NCBI GenBank assembly: GCA_963771925.1
Contig: CAVYVE010000003.1
Location: forward strand, 30,053 to 94,052
Reading direction: 5' to 3'
Length of the DNA: 64,000 nt
Source of the DNA: an uncultured Phycisphaerales bacterium
GTDB lineage: Bacteria > Planctomycetota > Phycisphaerae > Tepidisphaerales > Tepidisphaeraceae
The number at the start of each line of letters is the position of its first letter. Positions within the stretch are counted from its first letter, which is position 1. The notes beneath the pieces were generated by a model. That model saw only the letters and a list, made by a program, of their open reading frames with translations. It ran no database searches and was not told the DNA's origin. Positions 43,590-52,663 of the stretch are shown piece by piece. Made by a program: the position numbers and the translations under genes.

Positions 43590-44834
43590 TCACACCGCCA
43601 TCGCGGGTTGTGGCGGAAGGTCGAACGGCCGGGACGCCGCAGCTTGAACTGGGGCCGGTTTCGCGGCCGACTTCGGACCGCGGATTTTCAGGCGCTTGGC
43701 CAACCGCATGCAGGGGGCTTCGACCGTCTTGTGCAACACGTCCGCGGCGATGATGCTGCAAGCGATGGCCGAGATGTAGGCGAACAGGGCCAGAAGCGGC
43801 GACTTGTCGCCGTAGGTCAGGAAAATGTCGATCACGGCGACGCCGACAGCCACGTGTATGAGATAGAGGCTGTAAGAGATTTTGCCCAGGTACTGGATCC
43901 ATCCCCAGGAAAGCCAGACGGCCATCTGGCCCAGACGGGCGCAGAGATAGATCAGCAAAATGGTCCCGACGGCGGCGAAGACTCGGTAATCGAGTCGCCA
44001 AAGCTGGCCCGCAAGCGTGGCGCCGATCAATACCCAAAACCAGCGCTCGCGGATTTTTCCGGAAAAGGTCCAGGCGAAGACGGCGCCCATGGCGAACATG
44101 AACCACATGCCGCTGAAATTCATCTTGTCTTCGCCGTAGCGGTAGAAAATCGAATAGATGGTAATCGCCGCGAATACCGTGGCCAGAGTCCAATTCCCCG
44201 CTCGTTGTCCGAAGCGCTCCCGAATCCTTTGGGCGATCATCAACGTGATGATGATGGTGAGATAAAACCGCACTTCAAGGCAAAGGGTCCAGGCGACGCC
44301 CACCACCAGGAGCTTGTTCATCACGTCCGGCACGTAGAACATGTTCCCGAGAATCGTGCCGGCGCCCCAGTAGTGGAGGATCGTCGATGTGTATTTGTGC
44401 CACAGAACGCAGCGGTATCCAATCGTAAGGAAAATGACGGCCCAGTAGGGAGGATCGAGGCGGATGGAGCGGCGAATCATGAAATTCGCGGCGAATTTCG
44501 GGGTGCAGACGTCGTTTCGCAGGGTGTAGGCGATGACGAATCCGCTGAGCACGAAGAAAATCTCCACGCCGACGTAGCCTTGCAGCAAGACCCAGTCCAC
44601 CGCGGCCGGCGTGTATGGGGCAAGCAGATAGTGGAGCTTGGAAACGATCGGCGTATAGAAGTGAAAGAGCATGACGAGCAGCGCGGCGACGCCGCGAAGG
44701 CCGTCGATGAAAAGCAGGCGCGCGGCCGGCGAGCTCTGCGGCGCCGCGCCGGCGGGTTCCTGACGGGAAGCAGAACTCTTCGGTGCGCTTTGCAAGGCGA
44801 TGGTCATGATGATCTCCCTCACCAACGGCCACAT
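43590..44834 (-). CDS. acyltransferase family 3 membrane protein (polysaccharide O-acyltransferase candidate)
   Basis: Intact 414-aa ORF. FIDGLRGVAALLVMLFHF is followed by about 10 helices, which is typical of acyltransferase_3/OafA-type enzymes. The start could also be the second Met (44807). Confidence 0.75.
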   Translation of the reverse strand: MWPLVREIIMTIALQSAPKSSASRQEPAGAAPQSSPAARLLFIDGLRGVAALLVMLFHFYTPIVSKLHYLLAPYTPAAVDWVLLQGYVGVEIFFVLSGFVIAYTLRNDVCTPKFAANFMIRRSIRLDPPYWAVIFLTIGYRCVLWHKYTSTILHYWGAGTILGNMFYVPDVMNKLLVVGVAWTLCLEVRFYLTIIITLMIAQRIRERFGQRAGNWTLATVFAAITIYSIFYRYGEDKMNFSGMWFMFAMGAVFAWTFSGKIRERWFWVLIGATLAGQLWRLDYRVFAAVGTILLIYLCARLGQMAVWLSWGWIQYLGKISYSLYLIHVAVGVAVIDIFLTYGDKSPLLALFAYISAIACSIIAADVLHKTVEAPCMRLAKRLKIRGPKSAAKPAPVQAAASRPFDLPPQPAMAV

Positions 44835-44850
44835 CGGCCGTCATGGGTCC

Positions 44851-46508
44851 TCAAAATCGATAAGAGAGCGCGGCTCGTAATCCGGTTCCGGAATAATTGG
44901 TGAACGATCCGGGAACGTAGTAGTACAGATACTCAACGGAGGCTTCCAAATGGTCGGCGACGTGCATCGCCGGGCCGATGGCCACGGTGGTGCCGAATTG
45001 CGATGCGTCGGGAACAAATGGCAACTCGACCCGGACGTGCACGGAGAGCCATTTGAAAATATGCGGCTCGATCTCCACGACCGGCCCAAACGTCTGATAC
45101 CAGTGCGGAGAGTTGTAAGCCGAAACGGAGATTTGATAGTCAATGACTTCGTATTCCACGCCTAATCGAAGCTGGGCCGGAGCCCACAGGAGATAGGTCG
45201 GCTCGGCATGGATGAAGTTGCGCCCATTTCCATCGGAATAGAAAGCATGGCTGGCGGAAATCCTGGCGCTGAGATTGTCGGTGAGTTGGCAGCCGGCGCC
45301 CAAACCGATGACATCTTGCGTGACCCCTTCCGCGACCGTGGCGATGCTGTCATCGACAGGATCGTTGAAGTGATAAAAGCCGTAAAGCCACGCCGACTGT
45401 GACGGTACCCAGGTCGATCCCAGGCTAAAGCCGGCCTTGTCAAAGGAATTGACCTGGAAGCCCGAAGCGCCGCCTTGCAGGGAGAGGGTGCTGTCAACGT
45501 GATCTTCGACGCCCAAGCCCTCTTCGTATCGAGTTACGTTGCCGAAATCCGTGTCATGGTTGTTGAACCAGCCGGTGTTGAACGTGCCGTCGACATGCAC
45601 GTGATCCGAAACGGCCGCCGAAAGGGTGTTGAACAATCCGGACTGATAGAAATTGTCGGTTCCCTGAAAGTAGAAGTATTTGGAGGAGAGCTGCGCGGCC
45701 CGGCTTTGCTGGATTTCGTTGAGGCCGGATTTGGCGCTGTAATAGCTGGGATCGACAAGCATGGCCTGGGTGTATTCGGCCTGGGCCTTGGTTAGATTCC
45801 AATTGGCGCGATTGATGTCTCCCAGCAAAGCCAGGGCGGCAGCGGATTTGGGATCTCTTGCCAGAACGCTTTGGGCAATCCTCCTGGCTTCGTCGGTTCG
45901 GCCACGCGATTTGAGGAACTGCGCGTAGTCAAGATTGATCCACTGGTCCGTCGGGGCGAGGTCCAGTGCGTCGAGATAGGCGCGTTCCGCTTCTTTGTAT
46001 CGACCGGCCTTTTCCAGCGCCTGCGCCAGTTGACCCGGCTCCACGGATCCGAGGGATTGCGCTGCGCCATTTCGCGCAGCACCTGGATTTGCCGACTGGT
46101 GCGGCCGGTAAGCCCTGCGGCCTTGGCGAGCATTTCGCCCCAGCCCGGCACTTCGGGCGCGGCGCGGTACACGGCCTCAAGGTGCGGATAGGCCAGTGCG
46201 GGCTCGTTCAATGGTGCGAGGTACAGGTATCCCAGCGAGCGTTGCAATGACATATCTTCGGGATGTTCTTCAGAGCAGACCTCCAGCGCGGCCGCGGCGG
46301 CGGCGCAGTCGGCCTCGGACTTGGTTTGATAAGCCTTGGCTTCGAGCCGCCTGGCGTGTTGGAGTTGCGCGGCATACTGGCGGGCGGTGAGTTTGCCCGA
46401 AAAGTTGAGAGACTGCGCCACCGCGGCGTGAGCCGATAAAAAAATGATCGTCGCCAGGATCACCCCGACCCCGGCGCGTTGCAGGTGGATGGGAACTTTC
46501 GCATTCAT
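44851..46508 (-). CDS. TPR-repeat plus C-terminal beta-barrel outer-membrane exporter (PgaA/BcsC-like architecture), one frameshift near 46040
   Basis: ATG 46508 overlaps the synthase stop (ATGA). The product has a signal peptide (GVILATIIFLSAHAAVAQ) and TPR-like helices (AYLDALDLAPTDQWINLDYAQFLKSRGRTDEARRIAQSVL). The C-terminal roughly 270 aa have alternating beta-strand character and end with ...GLRAALSYRF. Confidence 0.65.
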
Positions 46509-49500
46509 GGATTGCCTTGGCCCTGCCTCCATGGAATATGGGTATGGGAATTCCCGATCCGGACGGGAATGTTGGCTTCATCCATACCGCTGGGAGTAAT
46601 CACTTCGAGCTGAATACGATAGTCACCAGGCTGACCGGGCAAATCGATCATGGCATCCGCTCCGCCACGGAGGGGAACAATGTGCCCCACATCCGCGGCA
46701 AAACCGGGACCGGACACGGTCCAGTGATACTGAGGCTGCTCACCGTTGTACGATTTCACGTCCGTTCGAACGAGGAACGGTTCATGCGGCCACTGCGGAT
46801 CGGTGGGGTATTCGACGTTGACGATTCTCGGACCCCCGTAGGGGTAGGTGCCGTTCAGTTTCGGGTCGGGATTCCACCACGCATATTTGAGAGCAAAATA
46901 AGCTGGCTTAAGCCGGCCATCCAAATCAGCGATTCCGAACCAAGTTGCCGTGCCTTCGTAGCGGTCTCGCCAGCAATAGGCGATGCCGCCGACGTTCCAA
47001 CCGGCATTGGGCTGGATATATTCGCGCCAGCGATGGGAGTAAAGCCAAGCCTTGTAAATTGCGGTATCTTCGACCAATCCGCCGCCGGCGTCGTATTCGT
47101 TGTATTTGTTTTCCCAGTAGCCATTGGGTCCGAATTCGCTGACCAGATAAGGCCGGGTGGGATCGATGCGGGCCGCGATCTCCTTGAGGTGGGAAATGTC
47201 CGGTTCGTAATAACTATTGACGGCGATGACATCCACCGCCGGCGCGCCCTTGGCAAAATCCGAAATGGCTCCGGCAATTTGCGTCGATTCATTGGCGCAG
47301 AAAACGGGATGATTGGGGTCGAGTTCTTTGATCCGCTGCGCCATTCGCTGCACGAACAGCACATAGGAGTGGCGAACCTCGGTTAGATAGGGTTGGCCGT
47401 ATTCGTGTTTCAGCAATCCCCACACCTCGTTGCCGAGGCACCAGCCGAGCAAGCCGGGATGATCGCGATACTCCAGCACGGTCTCCTCGATTTGCCGTTC
47501 GTAGGCCGCTTCCTTTTCCGTATCGGTCAGGTAATCGACATCCTGAACGAACCAGAAACCATACAGGACCTTAAGCCCGTTATCGGAGGCGGCATTGAAA
47601 ATGTTGCGGTCGGACCATGTCTCGCCGTAGCGGCGAATCGTGTTGCCGCCCATGGCGCGGATGGCTCGAAAGTCCTCGCTTAACTCACGGTGGCTGAGGG
47701 GCACGTCGGCATCGCGCCAGTCGTGGCCCGGGTTATAGGCAATGCCTTTGATGTAGTAAGGGGCCCCGTCGATCATCAGCGAAAAATGCCCCGGCGAGCC
47801 GCGCACGCACGGCGACGGCGAGCGAACCGGTTGCAGATCGCCCCAGAGCGTCTGATCGGCTGAGAGGCGCTCGAGCGCCGCCGTCACTGAAGGGCGCCAA
47901 TTTGAGTCCCTCGCCCATCGACGACAAAGCCAGGGAATCGTCGGTCCAGCCTGAGTTGCCGGCTTGACCGGGATCGAGCAATGCGCCGGGGATCTCTCGC
48001 GCTCGTGACTGCTGTCGCGAAACACGACCGCCTTGATCTCGGGATAAAACCGTGAGATTCTCGACATGGCATCTTGCATCCATCCGGCGCGATCGGCGTC
48101 GGCCTTGGGGGCATCCAGATCCATAATCATGACGGGCAAATGCCAGGCCTTTGCTCTCGAGCGAAACGGCTCATAAATATCGCCGAATGAGCTGGCGCCG
48201 GCGTCGGCGCCATTCGCGCCGGACACGGCAATCCAATCGACGTAGCCTTCTCCGGCTTCGCCGGGGAAATAGAAATCCATGCTTTGAGCGCTGGCGGGGT
48301 TCCAGACCCAACCGGCATTGGTGGCGCCTTCAGAGTCGAACGTGGTAAGGATCCGTCGCCAAGCCGCTATGAAATCGGCCGGCCTGTTGCCACCCGACAC
48401 CGACCAGGGCATTTGCGGGTTGTCCGGCTGCGGCGCAAAACAGATCAGCACCGGCTCGCCAAAGGCGCGAACGTCGTCCGCGAAGCGGCGGATGTAATCG
48501 TCAAATCGTCCGGCGGCGATGGATTTGAGAATCGCCCGATCGCCCGGCCGAACCGTCGCCGCGTCAGGGCCGTGACTTGACGGAAGCCAGTTGATCATCG
48601 GGATCGCGCCGCCGCGCCGGATTTCCTTCAGCATCGTGATCGGGAAGTCCGCGTCGGCGTTTGCGGTCCACCACTGATTCAGGGCGACGATGCGGAAATT
48701 AAAATCGAGTCCCTTCTGGAGGGACGCGAGCCTCGATGACCTTCGGGTGCTTTGAGTGTCGCCCAGATCGATCCCGGTGTAGAAACCGCCGACGTTGACA
48801 TTTTTGTTCAACTCGAATGGAACTTCAATCGTTTGGGCTTGGGGCCGCACCATGGCGATCACGTAGCCGGCGCAGATCGTCAGCGCGATGGCGGCGGGAA
48901 TCACGCGGCCCTCGCGGATCTGGCCCAGAACGACATCGTATAAGCGGCCCAGCACGCGAATCACCGGCCTCACGAACACGTCGCGAACCTTGCGCATCAT
49001 CGAAAGACGCCGGCGAAGGGCGCACAGCGTGCTTTGCTGCGCGATAATCGAAACGTAGATCAAAGCAATGGCGTTGGCTGAACCCAAGGCGCCCATAAAC
49101 AGCGCGGCGGGCGAGGAATCCCTGTAAACGCCGATGACGACGGCGACCGTTAGAATTCCACCGGCGATGAAATTCGGCATGGCGACGTCACCGGCGTCGC
49201 TGGGCTTGTCTTCCTTCGGAGTTGGGATGTAGGGCACTTTGATGCGGAATACGGCGCAGAGAACTCCAACCAAGTAGACCCACCAGGTGGCCGTCGCCAG
49301 AACGCCGCCGGCCAGATGAATCCCGCGTTCGCGCGGCTCCAGGAGCCATCGCTGGACCCGAAGGCGCACCAGCATTCCGAGAATCAACATCGGAGCCACG
49401 GCGGCGAGAATCTGCGGCAGCGTGGCCCGCCAGGCGATCAGCCCATAAGAAAGGCACAGCACCGGGACCACCATTTCCAGCAGGCCGACCAAGCCTCGCA

Positions 49501-50605
49501 GGAAAAATATGGGACAGAGCAGGAAATGGATTTTCTGGCGGAGATTGAATCCCTTGAACAGGCTGGGATATTCCTGGAACAGAAGATCGAATACGCCGCA
49601 ACTCCACTTCAGTTGCTGTTTGTAAAACGCGCCGAGGGTTGAGGGCACGAGTCCGCGCGTGAGGATTTCCGGCACGTAAACCGAACGCCATCCCTTGGAG
49701 AAAAGGCGCATGGCGGTGTGCATGTCCTCGGCAAGCCCGGGCGCGTGCCCGCTGATCGTGTCCAGGGCGACGCGTCTGAATACGCAGTTGGCCCCGATCG
49801 CCTGCACGGTCCCGTGGCCGTGCATTCCCATCATGAACGGTCCGTAGAAGTGATACGACTGCTCGGCCGCGCCGCGCGCCACGAACGAATCGCCGGCGTT
49901 GCGATAGGCCTGCACCGACTGAACGAATCCCACGGCCGGATCTTCGAAGTATCCCAGTGTGCGGTGGAGCAGATACGGCGCCGGCTCGTGATCGGGATCG
50001 AGCACGACCGCGATCTGGCCCGTACACTGCGCCAGGGCGTTGTTGATGTTTCCGGCCTTGGCATTTTTCTTTTCCTCTCGGGTGACATGGATGACGCCCA
50101 GCTCGTCGCAAATCTTCTTCAGCCGGGGATCGTTTCCCTCATCGCAGAGATAATTCTTGTGGGGATATCGAACCGCGGTCATCGCCTTGAGGGTGCGGGC
50201 GATCATTCCGATCGGTTCGCCCGGGCACGCGGTGGTGAGCATATCGACGGCCCATCTTCGCCGCGGCCGCAGGACCGGCGGAGCCGAGATCGCCCAATAG
50301 TTGTACCATTCAAACAGCGACGCAAACGCCCGCAAAGCCATCGCGCCGGTCAGCATCAAATAAACCGCTGGATCGCCCACGCGATCCGGATTCATCAGCC
50401 ACGCCAGCAGCCCGATGACCGAGACCGCCGCCACCAGGATCAGCAATCGCAGCTTGAGAAGTTGCCCGCGCGAGGGCGGAGTCACGCGAACCGGCTGGGC
50501 CGGCCACCGCATCGGCGACCAGCCTTCCATCGCGCGATTGGTCTCGTTCAGATCGCTTTTGACCGTCGCGGCGGACCTCGAAGGATATTGGACGTCGGTA
50601 GACAT
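46505..50605 (-). CDS. multidomain polysaccharide synthase: processive GT2, multi-TM region, GH26-like domain, clan GH-A TIM-barrel domain and an Ig-like tail
   Basis: Intact 1366-aa ORF. GT2 motifs in order: CDEGND, VLDPDH, LAEDMH, QQLKW. There are about 8 hydrophobic helices. Next come QWWTANADADFPITMLKEIRRGGAIPMINWLP and DDYIRRFADDVRAFGEPVLICF, then YYIKGIAYNPG, LLGWCLGNEVWG, LDPNHP, VDVIAVNSY, YLVSEFGPNG and GTATWFG. Confidence 0.8.
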   Translation of the reverse strand: MSTDVQYPSRSAATVKSDLNETNRAMEGWSPMRWPAQPVRVTPPSRGQLLKLRLLILVAAVSVIGLLAWLMNPDRVGDPAVYLMLTGAMALRAFASLFEWYNYWAISAPPVLRPRRRWAVDMLTTACPGEPIGMIARTLKAMTAVRYPHKNYLCDEGNDPRLKKICDELGVIHVTREEKKNAKAGNINNALAQCTGQIAVVLDPDHEPAPYLLHRTLGYFEDPAVGFVQSVQAYRNAGDSFVARGAAEQSYHFYGPFMMGMHGHGTVQAIGANCVFRRVALDTISGHAPGLAEDMHTAMRLFSKGWRSVYVPEILTRGLVPSTLGAFYKQQLKWSCGVFDLLFQEYPSLFKGFNLRQKIHFLLCPIFFLRGLVGLLEMVVPVLCLSYGLIAWRATLPQILAAVAPMLILGMLVRLRVQRWLLEPRERGIHLAGGVLATATWWVYLVGVLCAVFRIKVPYIPTPKEDKPSDAGDVAMPNFIAGGILTVAVVIGVYRDSSPAALFMGALGSANAIALIYVSIIAQQSTLCALRRRLSMMRKVRDVFVRPVIRVLGRLYDVVLGQIREGRVIPAAIALTICAGYVIAMVRPQAQTIEVPFELNKNVNVGGFYTGIDLGDTQSTRRSSRLASLQKGLDFNFRIVALNQWWTANADADFPITMLKEIRRGGAIPMINWLPSSHGPDAATVRPGDRAILKSIAAGRFDDYIRRFADDVRAFGEPVLICFAPQPDNPQMPWSVSGGNRPADFIAAWRRILTTFDSEGATNAGWVWNPASAQSMDFYFPGEAGEGYVDWIAVSGANGADAGASSFGDIYEPFRSRAKAWHLPVMIMDLDAPKADADRAGWMQDAMSRISRFYPEIKAVVFRDSSHERERSPAHCSIPVKPATQAGPTIPWLCRRWARDSNWRPSVTAALERLSADQTLWGDLQPVRSPSPCVRGSPGHFSLMIDGAPYYIKGIAYNPGHDWRDADVPLSHRELSEDFRAIRAMGGNTIRRYGETWSDRNIFNAASDNGLKVLYGFWFVQDVDYLTDTEKEAAYERQIEETVLEYRDHPGLLGWCLGNEVWGLLKHEYGQPYLTEVRHSYVLFVQRMAQRIKELDPNHPVFCANESTQIAGAISDFAKGAPAVDVIAVNSYYEPDISHLKEIAARIDPTRPYLVSEFGPNGYWENKYNEYDAGGGLVEDTAIYKAWLYSHRWREYIQPNAGWNVGGIAYCWRDRYEGTATWFGIADLDGRLKPAYFALKYAWWNPDPKLNGTYPYGGPRIVNVEYPTDPQWPHEPFLVRTDVKSYNGEQPQYHWTVSGPGFAADVGHIVPLRGGADAMIDLPGQPGDYRIQLEVITPSGMDEANIPVRIGNSHTHIPWRQGQGNP

Positions 50606-51014
50606 ATATCGTTACGAACAAATAGCGGCCACCACTGCAAAAGCCGCCGCAATAAATCGCTCGCCCCGATTCCACCTGGGAACACCCCGGACTGGCTGAG
50701 ATGGACTTTACCACGCTCCCTGGACGCGGCGCTAAATACGGCCGAGACGGCGGCACAGATGGCCGATAGTACTGAGAACTTGCGTCAAGTTTTTAGATGG
50801 TGGCGATTGTGAGATCGCCACATGCACCCATCGAATATGGAACAGCTTTAACGTTCTTTTGCGCCGATGCGCGCGTCGTCCTACAGATATGGACCCTACC
50901 TATGCGACCAATCCATAGTCGTGAATATCCGCGTACGGCTCCTCGACGCGGTTTCGCTGCGAAGCGCGAGGCGCCTGCACCACGAAATTTGCCCGGCGTT
51001 CATCGTTCGGCAGA

Positions 51015-52396
51015 TCATTTACCACGGCGGCCTTCAACTTCGCTCCGTGACGTTCTGAGAAAAATCGCGGCCTCAACGGCTTTCTCCATGTTGGTCCGTT
51101 TGGCGCTCAGCACGAGAATCGTCGCGTTGGAGCGAGCGGCCAGCGCAACCGTATCTGGATTCTCCAGAACCGGCCCGGCGTCAAACAGAACGTAGCGATA
51201 CGCGGAACGCAATTGGTGGATCACGTCGGTCACCGCGCGTCCCTGCAGCCTGGCGGCCGCGGACGACGACGGTTTCCCGCACGGAAGCAAGAAAAGATTT
51301 GGCACATGAGTCGAGCAGACGAATTCTGCCGCGGCGGTCGGATTGTCCAGCGCTTCACAGAAACCCAAAAGCGATTCGGGCTGAGTCAGCAACTTGTGCT
51401 GGATTGGACAGCGCATGTCCGCATCCACCAGAAGCACGCACTCCCCCGTCAGAGCCAGAGTCGCGGCGAGATTCAGCACAACCGTCGAACGACCTTCACC
51501 CCGCGAGGGAGAAGTGATCAACACCGATCCGCGTTGCTGGCTGACTTCGCCTCCCAACAGATTCATCAGCAACGCCCGGCATGAGATGGCCACTTCCGAT
51601 GTAGGATCAATATGGGCCGCGAGGCTTTGAGCCGCCGGAGACGCCCGTCGCGAAAGCGACGGCAAATACCCGGCGGTCTGCAAACCGGTCATCCTAAGTA
51701 TCTGCGACGGCGATGCGACGCGACGGTCCAGAGTTGCCCGTATTAGCACGATGGCAATCCCCAGAACCAATCCGAATGCCGCCGCCAGCGCCATCAGCAA
51801 TTCCGGCGAGGCGCCGATTGGCCCAACATCGGGGTTTGCCGGTATGGCCCGATAGATCGCATTCTGATCCAGACCGGAAAGCCCTTGGCCTCGATTCATC
51901 TTGAGACGTTCCTGTGACAACAGGGCTTCAATGACGCCATCGACCACACGGCTGGCCTCATGCGGGTATTTGGAGATCAATACAATTTCCAGTTTTCCCG
52001 CGGACGCATGCACGGTCGCGTGCAATTTGCTGCGCAAGGCCGCAATCGATTCGTGTTCGGAGCCGAAGACCGAAAGCTCAGATGCGTCGATGTATTCAAC
52101 TGCATTTGACAGGATTTCGTCAGAGTAGGCCGCATCCGCCAGATTGGTCAGCCCGTCGACCGACATCGAACCTACAAGAATGTCAGCATGGCTAAGCGCT
52201 CGCGGGGCGGATTCTTGAATAAAACCTCGCACGGCGTAGGTGCGCCCACGGACAGCAAATAGACCATCATTGCCAGCGCTGTGGCAAGCGTCGTCAACGC
52301 CAAAACAAACCGTCCGTCCATGATGCGACGGGCAATGCCTGTAAAGCGATTACCGGAAACAACACCGGTTTCCCTACTATTTTCCACCGCGTGCAT
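51015..52396 (-). CDS. polysaccharide co-polymerase (Wzz/GumC-like) fused to a BY-kinase-like P-loop domain with a degenerate Walker A, one frameshift near 52230
   Basis: An N-terminal TM helix (FVLALTTLATALAMMVYLL) lies in fragment 52172-52462, and a second TM is LLMALAAAFGLVLGIAIVLI. The P-loop reads LITSPSRGEGRST (Arg where the GK[ST] Lys is expected, codon CGT checked in the DNA). Walker A' is VLLVDADMRCP and Walker B is YVLFDAGPV. There is no C-terminal Tyr cluster. Confidence 0.7.
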
Positions 52397-52462
52397 AAGA
52401 TGTAACACTCGAGATGAGCGAATTCCCTTGAGGAAAGTATATAACTCGAAAAAGCATAACAC

Positions 52463-52500
52463 GCAATTGCTTCTTTGTTAAGATAAGCGCAATAATTGCG
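52463..52500. promoter_or_regulatory. two related palindromes in an AT-rich intergenic region upstream of the co-polymerase gene
   Basis: GCAATTGC lies at 52463-52470 and CGCAATAATTGCG at 52488-52500. The surrounding 52397-52663 is visibly AT-rich in an otherwise GC-rich window. Confidence 0.3.
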
Positions 52501-52663
52501 ATTAGGTGTGAATATAGGAGACCTTTTGCGGTTATATTGATTAAACCGGAAAGAACGAAGAAATCGACTGTGATGGCTTACTGAAATGATTGGAGCATTG
52601 CCGTTTTCGGCGTCCGATCATTGTCGGTTATGAAATGCCGCTGCCGCAGCCGGGCGAAAGCGC

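Noticed and set aside
43536-44903. A 455-aa plus-strand ORF lies opposite the acyltransferase_3 gene.
   Set aside because: Its composition is Arg/Gly/Asp-rich and not protein-like. The minus strand gives a clean 10-helix acyltransferase.
49188-50812. ORFs 49188-50111 (-) and 49718-50812 (+) lie within or opposite the synthase gene.
   Set aside because: They are shadow ORFs. The 46505-50605 frame carries all the GT2 motifs.
50606-51014. A c-di-GMP riboswitch in the leader of about 400 nt upstream of the synthase, or a PilZ domain within the synthase.
   Set aside because: No GEMM-type ACGCAAAGCC core was seen on the minus strand. No RxxxR...D/NxSxxG PilZ signature was seen after the GT2 domain.
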